From a virus (Duplodnaviria > Caudoviricetes), in IMG/VR virus record IMGVR_UViG_3300001598_002233, positions 1-64,000 of that record: 64,000 nucleotides of DNA; one strand, 5' to 3'. Positions within the stretch are counted from its first letter, which is position 1, and each line of letters opens with the position of its first letter. Below, piece after piece: positions 38,057 through 48,464 of the stretch. Under the pieces are notes generated by a model. That model had not been told where the DNA came from, did not search any database, and saw only the letters and a list, made by a program, of their open reading frames with translations. Both the position numbers and the translations under genes were made by a program.

Positions 38057-38299
38057 ATGGCGTGTGCGTGTAAGGTAAATCAGCAGATTGATTATCTGCA
38101 TAAAAAATATGGGACAAAGGTACCTGTAAGTAAAAAAACACAAATTTCTTTCCATATTGGAGAGGCTTTTAAGAAATTGCTTATAGGGATATTAACTCTT
38201 CCTTTAACAATTGTTATGCTTATACATGTTTTGTTTAAAGCATTTTCAAAAAACAAAGTTATAAATATCAACAGATTATTAAGATTGAAACATGTCTGA
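38057..38299 (+). CDS. Small membrane protein, 80 aa (MACAC N-terminus)
   Basis: One hydrophobic helix LLIGILTLPLTIVMLIHVLF; tightly coupled to neighbours. Confidence 0.65.
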   Translation: MACACKVNQQIDYLHKKYGTKVPVSKKTQISFHIGEAFKKLLIGILTLPLTIVMLIHVLFKAFSKNKVININRLLRLKHV

Positions 38300-41200
38300 A
38301 TTAAATAAATCATATAGAATAAAAGCAAATGTGGGTGGGGATTCAAACATTAGTTTGATGCTTAACCAAGATTATAATGTGCTTGAGGTATTGTCCATAA
38401 AGATAAACCAAGAAGATACTTATAAAATTCATTCTGCAAATTACGGAGTCATTGTTGGTCGCGTTTTGGCCAATAATGGCTTTGGTGTTCCTAATGCTAA
38501 ATTAAGTATTTTCATTGAAGGTGAGTTCAGCAGTGTTGAAGATACTGCATTATATCCTTTTTCAAGCACGGCAAGTAGAGATGGTAATGGTACTCGTTAT
38601 AACCTTCTTGTAGATAAGAAAGTGGATGATTGCCATCAGGTTGTTGGTACTTTCCCCAATAAGACATATTTGCTCGACAATAATGATTTAATTGAAATTT
38701 TCGACAAGTATTATAAATATACAACCAGAACAAACAATTCTGGCGATTATCTCATCTGTGGCGTACCTGTGGGAAATCACACGCTTCATATGGACCTTGA
38801 CCTTTCCGATTGCGGCATTCTTTCACAGAGACCAAGAGACTTCGTTTATAAAGGTTATACAATTGAGCAATTTGAAAATCCCAATCAGTTCAAGACAGAC
38901 ACAGAACTGGATGTATTAAGCCAAGTATTTTCACAAGACCAAACTGTAAATGTAATTCCATTCTGGGGAGAAGAAAACAATGGGCAAGAAATTGGTATTA
39001 CAAGGGCAGATGTTAATGTTAAGTTCAAATTTGAGCCTACTTGTGTATTTATGGGAAGCCTTGTTGCTGACAATGCTTCGAATGGTATTTCGAAGAAATG
39101 TGTTCCAACAAATCAGATGGGTGCAATGGATGAACTTACAACTGGTGAGGGTACAATTGAAATGATTAGGAAAACAATGTCAGACGACGTTGAGGAATTT
39201 CAGATTAAGGGAACACAATTAATTGATGGTAACGGAGTATGGTGCTATCAGATTCCTATGAATCTTGACTATATGATGACAGATGAGTATGGCAATACCG
39301 TCCCTACAGATGACCCAGAAAGAGGTATTCCTACAAGAGCTCGTGTTCGTTTCAGGATATCAATGCAAGATAATGAAATGAATACTGACAATTATTTCAG
39401 AGCAAAGGTGCTTGTTCCCCACAATCCACAGGATACTGTAGAGGGACATGAGGAATATGATTATGAGTTTGGTTCCTATACAAAGGACGAGTCATTTAGA
39501 GACTTGTTTTGGAATAATGTTTACACAGTTAAGTCCTATATTCCAAGAATACAGAAATCACAGGTAACAAGGTCTGAGAGGTTCACTGGTATCAAGCACT
39601 GCAACATTTATGGTAATAATAATCCAATGCCTTATAATAACATTAGAATTAGATTACCATTGATGTTCACTATTCTTTGTGCATTGATAAAGTCATATAT
39701 TAGAATTGTTAGATGGATAAATACCATATTAGACTTTTTTATATTTTGCTTTGGTCAAATTTCTACTGCGGGAGATGGTGTAACGTTTGGAATGGCATCA
39801 AAATTTGTACATTTAGTAGAAAATAGTAAATTTATTACTCTTGCAGATGGTTTATGCCCTGACCTTGAAAATTGGTATTTTGCACCTTCTAATAGTAATA
39901 AGACAATATACTATGATTGGGGTAAAGATACAAAGGCTACTACAATGCTGAAATTGACATTTAATTCTTTAATATACGATAATGCTGCTGATACTACCGC
40001 AATAGATACAACAAATAGTAGTAATAATACACAATCAATATGTTTAACAAGTTCAATTGATTACCTTGTTTCTTGTATTGAAATGAATCTTGCACAAGAA
40101 TATAAAGTAATTAATTTTGATTTCTACAACGATTGGGTAAATGGTGTGATTTATATGCCACGATGGATGAAATTCATCAGAAAGAAGCGTAGTTTTCTTT
40201 TTGGCCTTATTACTATTAAGTCTAAGGTAAAGGCTTGTATGGATGATTCCACTATTTTTGGTAAGACAAGAAGATATACACAGCAATGTTCACTGCAGTA
40301 TAAAAGGGCCAACAATAAGCCATATACGGAGGTAATTACAGACCTTGGGTGCGATGAAAAGAACAAAAACAAGACAACACAGAAGTGCCATAAAAACCAA
40401 GGAATGAATCAGTATTCTATATTTGGAAGTGGAAATAGGTCACAGAAAGGTAATGGTGGGGCTGTCCACGAAACAAAGACAATGAAAGACCAATATGTGT
40501 ACTATTTTAAACCTTGTGAGTGGGGACTTACTGATAACAAGAAAACTATATTGTTTGCTAATGATATAATATTATTAGGCTCATTAAATGATTGTAATTT
40601 ATATGGGCTCCCACAAGCATTTAAACATCTTACGAGTTCATCATATATTATGCCTACTAATTTGGCATTAACGAATATGGACGATGATGGATATCTCTAT
40701 GCTGACAATAATGGTACTATTTGCAGTAGAACTACTTTGGATGAAAATCTCTCAGTAAAGAAAGTTGAAACAAGTTTTTCATCAACAAGTAAATATTATT
40801 CGACAGCACAAGATGAGACAGTACAATATGGGGTAGACAGTGAAGGGAATGCTGTGAATGATGATACTATTCCTTTAACGGAGGCTGCAGGTATTGCTTG
40901 GAATTATACAGGCCCAGGACAAGGAACTGCTAATTTCAGCAAACGAAATAATACGATATATCAACCTGGTGGTCACTTCTTAGGTATTTCTTGCGTTAAT
41001 TCTGAGACTAATATTAAGTCTTGTATAAACCTGCAGCGAATATGTGAGGCGGGTGCCACAATGTCTCAAAGACGAGAAGAAGTAAGACAAGTCAGTATGG
41101 AAAACGGAAGCCCTAAACTTAGTTATAGATATTTCATACCAACAGGACTTATTTCACAAGATGAGGTTCTTGATGGCGATTTCAGAACAATGTTTGCAAC

Positions 41201-44200
41201 GATGAATCACAGAAGATTATTGTGTGGCGATAAGGTTGATGAGCAAACTGGATATCCTATTTATGATTTCCTTTATTTAAGGGGTAATGGCTTTGACGGA
41301 AAAATGAACAAGCAAGTTACAGCAACTACTGAGTATAATAAGAAGGTGGATGTTAATGATGAATATAGTTGGATGCAGGGGCAAGGCAACCTCAAGTCAG
41401 ACGATTATGACAATGCGGAGAAGGGTGAGACCTATGCAAAGACATTGGAAAATGTCAATTCAGACTATTATATGTTCAGGATGGGCCTTGATACTCTAAA
41501 AAGCGAACAGCAAGATAAGAAGTTCCTCATAATTTCAAACGGAGCATCAATGCCTCAGTATGAAAATAGTTATTACTTTTATTTCGGACTTAAGGATGGT
41601 GCAACGGCATTAGACGAGTTCAATAAACAATTCTTCTCAGTATGTGAAACTGATAGTTCTATAATAAATACACCTGCAGTAAATGCTGTTGGTAATGTTG
41701 AATCTGGCAGTTGCCTTACAGGTGATATTACGGTTATGGGTAGATTTGTAGAAACGCCAATTAGAGTAACGCTTAGTAGAACAGATGGGACACTTATTGA
41801 TTCGGTGACAACACAGAATGATTATCATATTTTTGAAGATATACCATTTGGCAATTATACCGTAAATCTTGTAGACGCAAATGAGGTGGAATTATCAACT
41901 TCAGTTATTCTTGGTTCTAATGTAATGGAAGTAAATTATGAAACAAGTGATTTCAGTTTTAGAACAAGAGGAATGGATATTGGAGATATTACAGACAAGG
42001 CAAGTGAAACACAAAGTGGATTATTTAAAGTTAGAAATAAAATTCAGGTGGGAGAGGATACCTATATTTTATCCACAGCATTAACAGATTTTGCTATTGC
42101 ACTTGTAAACACAACACCAAAGGATGGGAAAATTGAATATATGCATTACCCAACGGGCACAAATGTCCCTATTGATGAATCATTGCTATATAATGAAGAT
42201 AAACAGCGTGTTTATACAGGGTCTGATATTACAAATAGTATACAAGGCATTACACAGACAGCAGGTGAAAATGGAACAACGACAATACCAATGTGGCGAA
42301 GCGAAAGTAATTATAGCCTTTATATTTATCTTACATGTGGTAGTAGTTGGAAGTATACACAGCATAGCAATTTCAGTGTTAATGGCATTGATGCCTATGA
42401 CCTATATTTAGGTAGCAAACTATTACCTTATAGCGAAAAATTAGTAGGATTAAGTGACAAATGGTGGGATAGTATAGGTGATGACAGTACTAATATAGAT
42501 AATTGGGCAATGAGGCACGCCTTATTCAGGCAAACAGATGATAGTGGTGAGGAGTTTGAAAACAAAATTTATGCACTTAATGAGAACGATAAAGAGATAG
42601 ATACGGCATTGTTTGGGCAGCCAGAACAATTTATCGGAGGCGTTCCTGTTCCATATTCAAAGGATGGGAAAACCATATGGTATGAAGGTGATAACGCATT
42701 TGAAGGCGACCTTTCAGATGAAAGCATACTTCCTACTTGGCCAACAGGGACAACGAGCCGTGCTCATTTTAGTGAAATGGCTTATTATAAGGGATTGGTT
42801 ATCTCAGATTCAATAGGAAAGGCCACAATAACAAATAGCACTACAGGAAGGGCAGATAGTATTTGTATTACTATTAGCAAAACAATGAGTTCGATTGCGG
42901 CGAATGACGCTTGTATCATCAAATTAAATGATGGGAATGTTATTTATGCCGTTAAAGTATCTGACAAGAAATATGAATATTATGGTGAAACTTATTCGAA
43001 TGGAACAGAATTAGAATTTCACCCCGTGTTCAAATATCCTGTAATGGATAGGCCATTTTACGCAAATATGAATTTCCTTATATGGAATATAGCAACATTA
43101 GACGCTGAGATTGATGAGGAAACACAGAGTACTACTTTTGTTACCGTGGATGGCCTTGGATGGAGAATGGATAAGTGCAAAGTTCATAATGGTATTACAT
43201 ACCAGAAGAATTTCAATCAAGTGCTAATAAATGGGCTCAGTGCAATAACAATAAATGGTGCAGTAACTCCATATGCTTCTATAATTAGAAGGCCAGTTAG
43301 TGAAACTGATATAAAAGAAGAGTGTATTATAAGTGCAAGCATAGATATTAATAGGATAGATGAAAATCTTAATGACAATGTTTCTTTCTATATTGAAGAG
43401 GGTGTTCCTGGTAGTGTTTTGGATAAGACAAGCGATGTTTACCAGAAGATAAATAAGCCAAGGAAATTTGAATCTGCAAGTATAGAGGGAAGCGTTAGTT
43501 TTGGGGATATGGAGAATGAAATCAGATATTATAGAAATGGTGATGCATTTACATTCTCAGGGTCTTCAACGATGGATTATTATCTATTTAATGCGACAAC
43601 AACTTCAGTCGGATATGTTGAGCAACCATTAGGCGTAGGCGATGTTGTTAGTTATTTGATGCCAGATTTCTCATACTCTACATTGCACTTTGCAGTAAAG
43701 GGTAGAATAAATAGTACAGGTGTTGGCATTGATTCAAGGAATGTTTTGAATGAAACTATTATTTGTGAATGTCAGAAAGATATTTATAATTCGAAAATTT
43801 TTAACATTGTTTTCTCAATATATAGCGGGTCTACGATTAAATCAAAGATTACGGTAAAATGTGAAAATAAGTATGATGCTATTACTGCAACAACTCCTTA
43901 TGAAGTTTTAGACTATGAGTTTGACAAATTTTATGGAGGAAAGGAAGACATTGAAGATATGGGTTATACCACTATTGACTATTTAAGTGAATATTGTGGA
44001 ATTGATATCTGTATGTCTTATACATATGACAGAGCAAATCCTCCAACAGGATATACTTGTTGGTTAGATTATTACAAGAAGGAAATCGGGGATGGTAATG
44101 CATATAAAATTAAAATGGGTGAAACCCATAGATTTTTAATGATAGACGATAGTTCCTTTGCCATTGCAATGGCAAGTAATACAAGTGGGGCACAAGGTGA

Positions 44201-44252
44201 TATCAACGTACTAAAAATATATCCAGAATTAAAGGAAATAAAGAAATTGTAG
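38292..44252 (+). CDS. Very large virion (baseplate/tail) protein, 1986 aa
   Basis: Uninterrupted ORF in baseplate operon; N-terminal GVIVGRVLANNGFGVPNAKLSIFI beta-sandwich-like start; beta-rich C-terminus. Confidence 0.7.
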   Translation: MSELNKSYRIKANVGGDSNISLMLNQDYNVLEVLSIKINQEDTYKIHSANYGVIVGRVLANNGFGVPNAKLSIFIEGEFSSVEDTALYPFSSTASRDGNGTRYNLLVDKKVDDCHQVVGTFPNKTYLLDNNDLIEIFDKYYKYTTRTNNSGDYLICGVPVGNHTLHMDLDLSDCGILSQRPRDFVYKGYTIEQFENPNQFKTDTELDVLSQVFSQDQTVNVIPFWGEENNGQEIGITRADVNVKFKFEPTCVFMGSLVADNASNGISKKCVPTNQMGAMDELTTGEGTIEMIRKTMSDDVEEFQIKGTQLIDGNGVWCYQIPMNLDYMMTDEYGNTVPTDDPERGIPTRARVRFRISMQDNEMNTDNYFRAKVLVPHNPQDTVEGHEEYDYEFGSYTKDESFRDLFWNNVYTVKSYIPRIQKSQVTRSERFTGIKHCNIYGNNNPMPYNNIRIRLPLMFTILCALIKSYIRIVRWINTILDFFIFCFGQISTAGDGVTFGMASKFVHLVENSKFITLADGLCPDLENWYFAPSNSNKTIYYDWGKDTKATTMLKLTFNSLIYDNAADTTAIDTTNSSNNTQSICLTSSIDYLVSCIEMNLAQEYKVINFDFYNDWVNGVIYMPRWMKFIRKKRSFLFGLITIKSKVKACMDDSTIFGKTRRYTQQCSLQYKRANNKPYTEVITDLGCDEKNKNKTTQKCHKNQGMNQYSIFGSGNRSQKGNGGAVHETKTMKDQYVYYFKPCEWGLTDNKKTILFANDIILLGSLNDCNLYGLPQAFKHLTSSSYIMPTNLALTNMDDDGYLYADNNGTICSRTTLDENLSVKKVETSFSSTSKYYSTAQDETVQYGVDSEGNAVNDDTIPLTEAAGIAWNYTGPGQGTANFSKRNNTIYQPGGHFLGISCVNSETNIKSCINLQRICEAGATMSQRREEVRQVSMENGSPKLSYRYFIPTGLISQDEVLDGDFRTMFATMNHRRLLCGDKVDEQTGYPIYDFLYLRGNGFDGKMNKQVTATTEYNKKVDVNDEYSWMQGQGNLKSDDYDNAEKGETYAKTLENVNSDYYMFRMGLDTLKSEQQDKKFLIISNGASMPQYENSYYFYFGLKDGATALDEFNKQFFSVCETDSSIINTPAVNAVGNVESGSCLTGDITVMGRFVETPIRVTLSRTDGTLIDSVTTQNDYHIFEDIPFGNYTVNLVDANEVELSTSVILGSNVMEVNYETSDFSFRTRGMDIGDITDKASETQSGLFKVRNKIQVGEDTYILSTALTDFAIALVNTTPKDGKIEYMHYPTGTNVPIDESLLYNEDKQRVYTGSDITNSIQGITQTAGENGTTTIPMWRSESNYSLYIYLTCGSSWKYTQHSNFSVNGIDAYDLYLGSKLLPYSEKLVGLSDKWWDSIGDDSTNIDNWAMRHALFRQTDDSGEEFENKIYALNENDKEIDTALFGQPEQFIGGVPVPYSKDGKTIWYEGDNAFEGDLSDESILPTWPTGTTSRAHFSEMAYYKGLVISDSIGKATITNSTTGRADSICITISKTMSSIAANDACIIKLNDGNVIYAVKVSDKKYEYYGETYSNGTELEFHPVFKYPVMDRPFYANMNFLIWNIATLDAEIDEETQSTTFVTVDGLGWRMDKCKVHNGITYQKNFNQVLINGLSAITINGAVTPYASIIRRPVSETDIKEECIISASIDINRIDENLNDNVSFYIEEGVPGSVLDKTSDVYQKINKPRKFESASIEGSVSFGDMENEIRYYRNGDAFTFSGSSTMDYYLFNATTTSVGYVEQPLGVGDVVSYLMPDFSYSTLHFAVKGRINSTGVGIDSRNVLNETIICECQKDIYNSKIFNIVFSIYSGSTIKSKITVKCENKYDAITATTPYEVLDYEFDKFYGGKEDIEDMGYTTIDYLSEYCGIDICMSYTYDRANPPTGYTCWLDYYKKEIGDGNAYKIKMGETHRFLMIDDSSFAIAMASNTSGAQGDINVLKIYPELKEIKKL

Positions 44253-44253
44253 T

Positions 44254-46932
44254 ATGGAAAATAAAATTTTATTAAACTCTAAAAAAAGTAAATATTCGGT
44301 GAATAAGGAGGAAAATTTAGCGATAAATCTTTCCTCCAAATCCCGTATTATTCCATATAATGATGTCAGTACAAAATTTAATTTGTATAATCTATACAAT
44401 GAGGAACGTGATAACAGTGACAAGTATAGAATAATACTAACAGTAAATCCCATATGCTCCAATGTTCTTCTCAATATGAGAACTGAGGTCGTTAAGGGCG
44501 AGGGAGGGGATAATTGTGAAACATTAGTTGGAGATGCTACTTTTACTGGTATATCCTCAATCAACAACGCATCTCTTGATTGGAAACAAGCAATTAGGGA
44601 TACGGAATATACACACCCACAAGAATGGAAAGATGGCAAGCCGATTGTTTATCATTGCGGGCTCGATATACTTAACAATCATCTTTTAAGGCAGAACGGA
44701 TTTATATATGTCGCATCGGCTGGCACAAGTGGAGTATTTAACACAATTTATGATTATGTTAGGGACCTTAATGGAAAAACAGTAGAGGAGGCAACAGGCG
44801 TTGATTCAAAAACACAACCAATTCATCTTTATCAGTATGACACTATTCTAACAATGTATAATGCTTATATTAATAGAGTGAAAGAGGAAAATGGGTGGTA
44901 CGGTTTTAAAAATAGTGCAAATATAGATATTCCTAATGCAGCAAAGACTGGTGTTGGGGGTGGGCTTTTTACCATCAATAAAATTATGAACAACAACAAA
45001 CCTTGTGAGTTTATTGATTTTTACCCTGACCGTTCCTTATATTCATTTATACCCAAGGTAAACAAGTATAGACATAGAGTTGAAAAGAATTGGGATTATT
45101 GTTTAACTTATCCTTACGAGAAAGATTACAAGAAACTACATCAAGTATGCCAACCAGAAATAAGCACTGCAATTACGGTGGATGGGGGTAATGATGCTAT
45201 TAGGATAATTAATGCCGAGGTATTTAATACAGCAAGTGGCTTCGAATGTGTTAGATTCAAGTCAATGTTCAAACATACGATAAAGGCTAAGGATTATATT
45301 ACATTATTCTATAAGAATGGAGATACATTAGTGAAACGCCCTTTAAGGATTAAGATTTATTCAGTGGGTGATTTAGACGGAAAGGATAAGGACAGATATT
45401 TTTCAATTAGAATGTCTGATATTGCTGATACTTTTGGGAATAGGGATGGAAAGGTCGTGTTCCGAGACGGTGATTTAAAGCCAACAGAGGAAGTTGCACA
45501 ATTTTTCTATAAAAAATCTATCGAAGGGTATGATTGCCATTATTATTTCAGAAAATTCAAAAAGATAGATTGCAATAGCGAAATAAACAAACTCGCATTT
45601 GGAGAAAATATCTATGGCGATAGAATGGCTCAAATTGTATTTACTGATGTTGTAGATACAATGGGACTTGTTGACCATAATGGAAAGCCATTAACTGAAT
45701 TGTACCTTACAATTATCAAAAGAAATAAGGGATATGAGGAGTGGTATGACAAAGGAAATTATAGGGGAGAAGATGTTGAGTTTTCGCATTGTTTTGGAAA
45801 GGTGACTTCTGGGCTCGATATGCCTACCGACGAAGATTGTTATCAGTATAATGTAAGAAGGCTTCACAATGTGGATTTAGAGGCGTTTTCAAGCATTTAT
45901 AAGAGTCAGACGAAGGCAGTCTTCGGAAATGTATTAAGCAAGAAAATAACCCCATTAGAAGACGATATAACAATAAGCAATGATACTTTCTATGGCGATA
46001 TTGTTGAGTATGATATCATAAATATGAAAGAAACCGTTTTAGAACATGTTTATTATCGTTTTAATACGGCACAGAGAGAGACTGCAAATAGTGGTTATTG
46101 TGATATATTATATGATAGGCTTGACTATGATGATTACGATAAGAACATAAATCAGAGTGGGGTAGATGGATTTAAGATAACTTCTGGAAATATGAATACC
46201 ACAAATTATGGCACACTTCCTACTGGACATACAAGCCTTGACAATTTATTTGCAGGAAATATTCAGCCAGAGGGGTATTATTATAATCCTCATTATAAGA
46301 TAAAGATAAAGGAGGTTTCAGAAGAAGTAACAACTGCTTCTGGCCGTACTATGAATTATAAATCTGCAAATGTAATAACTGACATTTCAGGAGACACTTA
46401 TGCAATAATTCAATTATCTTCAAGATATTCATTAATAAAGGATACCATTATTGGATTCTATAATTATGAAACCAATAAATTAATGTGGGGCTCATTAAGT
46501 GCATTTACATTAAATGATAAGGGGGAAGAAATAACGGTCTTGATGGCAGAAAGTGTAAATCAGACAGAGTTATACACCGCGTTTAGAGATAGGAAGATAT
46601 ATGTTATTTTAACAAGCAATGAAATTGCACCCTATGCAACATATCTTAGTGGCTCACATAGTTTCGTTTGGAGAGAAATAAAACCAATGTCAAGTCTTGT
46701 GGAGGGGGAGGATTTGTATTCAATGCCGTTCACGAATGGATGTCACTATATAAATCAAAATATCAACTTGTTCTTAAAGAGGCAAGACCCAAGGAATGAA
46801 TATTTCTTATTATCACCAGAAGAAAAAAGTGGTGTTGTAAGCCCACTAAGGGTGTATAAAGTATGGGGATGGGATGTCGTGGATACTTCATCTTCTGAAT
46901 ATAATGATGGCATAGGACAATTGTGCGTGTAA
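44254..46932 (+). CDS. Virion structural protein (baseplate region), 892 aa
   Basis: ORF coupled to neighbours with 1-nt gaps in structural operon. Confidence 0.65.
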   Translation: MENKILLNSKKSKYSVNKEENLAINLSSKSRIIPYNDVSTKFNLYNLYNEERDNSDKYRIILTVNPICSNVLLNMRTEVVKGEGGDNCETLVGDATFTGISSINNASLDWKQAIRDTEYTHPQEWKDGKPIVYHCGLDILNNHLLRQNGFIYVASAGTSGVFNTIYDYVRDLNGKTVEEATGVDSKTQPIHLYQYDTILTMYNAYINRVKEENGWYGFKNSANIDIPNAAKTGVGGGLFTINKIMNNNKPCEFIDFYPDRSLYSFIPKVNKYRHRVEKNWDYCLTYPYEKDYKKLHQVCQPEISTAITVDGGNDAIRIINAEVFNTASGFECVRFKSMFKHTIKAKDYITLFYKNGDTLVKRPLRIKIYSVGDLDGKDKDRYFSIRMSDIADTFGNRDGKVVFRDGDLKPTEEVAQFFYKKSIEGYDCHYYFRKFKKIDCNSEINKLAFGENIYGDRMAQIVFTDVVDTMGLVDHNGKPLTELYLTIIKRNKGYEEWYDKGNYRGEDVEFSHCFGKVTSGLDMPTDEDCYQYNVRRLHNVDLEAFSSIYKSQTKAVFGNVLSKKITPLEDDITISNDTFYGDIVEYDIINMKETVLEHVYYRFNTAQRETANSGYCDILYDRLDYDDYDKNINQSGVDGFKITSGNMNTTNYGTLPTGHTSLDNLFAGNIQPEGYYYNPHYKIKIKEVSEEVTTASGRTMNYKSANVITDISGDTYAIIQLSSRYSLIKDTIIGFYNYETNKLMWGSLSAFTLNDKGEEITVLMAESVNQTELYTAFRDRKIYVILTSNEIAPYATYLSGSHSFVWREIKPMSSLVEGEDLYSMPFTNGCHYINQNINLFLKRQDPRNEYFLLSPEEKSGVVSPLRVYKVWGWDVVDTSSSEYNDGIGQLCV

Positions 46933-46933
46933 T

Positions 46934-48463
46934 ATGGAAAAGATAGAAATTAGTTTAAATAGTAAAAAAGATAGGGAAGTTTCTTTCAAGATAGTAGAAA
47001 TGTCTGACTATGGCAATTATCTGAAGATAAAAACCAATATCAAGATAAGCCCACAAGATACCATATGTTTTAGAAGATATGTTTCTTCTGAGGCATATGA
47101 TGCCGATGTTTGCATTAGGACATACTATACAACCGTTGTAAAGTCTCTTTCCGATGCTGAATTTATAATTGAGCACCCTAAGCCACAACAGTTAATTGTT
47201 AGTGCTGTAAGTGGCAATTGTATAACATTTAAGGAAGAACATAATATTTTCGCACAAGACCTAATACAATATCCTTATACTTTAGTGTCATCAGCAAAGT
47301 CATACACAGGCTTATCAATGTGTGATGCTTTTACCCATAGTAGCGTTACCCCTTCAGATTTTGTAAAGACAAGGGCGATAAATACCAATGTAATGTGTGA
47401 AACGGGTAAAACAATCGTTGATGGTAAAATAAAATACTATATTCCAGTAAAGTTAGATAGATTGAATATCTATGTGGCTGATGCTACGGGTTTAGGGCTA
47501 AATTCAGCAGTAACACCTTCTGTAAATGAGTTCTATTATAAGTCAGGAACGGCATATACAATGTTTAGTGGGGTAAGTGTAACTTTGGTTAAAAACTATT
47601 ACCAAATCCCCTTAAATTTAAGTGAAAATACTGATTATGTTCACTTAATGCAAGAGGAGAATATTAACAATGAGTTTATTGCTAATGCTAAAGCATCATT
47701 AGTTCCAGAAGTGATTGACTTTGAAAAATTAAAGTATTCACCGTATGTGAATATTACTGGTGACACTCCAAGTATGGCCTCAAGCATTACTTTCAATCTT
47801 CATTTCAGGAAAAGAACAGAAGACAGCAAGTGGGAAATAACGGGCGAGGATTGGAATAATTCAACACCAGGTACATCAGATGTGTTAGGGTGGCTTAATT
47901 TTGTGGATAGTGATGTGCAATATCAAAAACTAAAGGTTAGGAAGTCGTTTATAAGATTGTCATTTTACACAACCAATGACCCTCTTACACAGAAGTTATT
48001 ATTTTACTCTACTGTTTTTCTTGACGGAGGAGAACTTTATGGGAAATTTGTAAAGACAAAGGCTTATTTAAAAAACAATACGGGATATACTGAACAGGTA
48101 ATATCATACACAGGAACTCCTCGTGTTGATAGCCAAATTGTTATTAAAAATGAATATAACTATGATAAATCAAGTGAAGGATTTTATCTATATTTATTTG
48201 CTTCTGATGCCCCAGAAAATGAGCCTAAAACTATTTATATGAAAGTGGAGTTTAACCATGCGGGGGTTGGAAGAACATTCCCTATGATTCCTGCTAAAGA
48301 AGGTGTTACCCTTGAAAATTATATGGAAAATCTTTACATTCCTTTAAATATTCGTTATAAGGGTGGCAAATATATGTATGGCTTCAAACCAATTAAAGAT
48401 TTTTGTACAGAAACTAATAACAATATAATATTTGATTTATACGAACCAATTTTAGACAAGTAA
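46934..48463 (+). CDS. Virion structural protein, 509 aa
   Basis: Operon context; no motif recognised. Confidence 0.6.
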   Translation: MEKIEISLNSKKDREVSFKIVEMSDYGNYLKIKTNIKISPQDTICFRRYVSSEAYDADVCIRTYYTTVVKSLSDAEFIIEHPKPQQLIVSAVSGNCITFKEEHNIFAQDLIQYPYTLVSSAKSYTGLSMCDAFTHSSVTPSDFVKTRAINTNVMCETGKTIVDGKIKYYIPVKLDRLNIYVADATGLGLNSAVTPSVNEFYYKSGTAYTMFSGVSVTLVKNYYQIPLNLSENTDYVHLMQEENINNEFIANAKASLVPEVIDFEKLKYSPYVNITGDTPSMASSITFNLHFRKRTEDSKWEITGEDWNNSTPGTSDVLGWLNFVDSDVQYQKLKVRKSFIRLSFYTTNDPLTQKLLFYSTVFLDGGELYGKFVKTKAYLKNNTGYTEQVISYTGTPRVDSQIVIKNEYNYDKSSEGFYLYLFASDAPENEPKTIYMKVEFNHAGVGRTFPMIPAKEGVTLENYMENLYIPLNIRYKGGKYMYGFKPIKDFCTETNNNIIFDLYEPILDK

Positions 48464-48464
48464 T

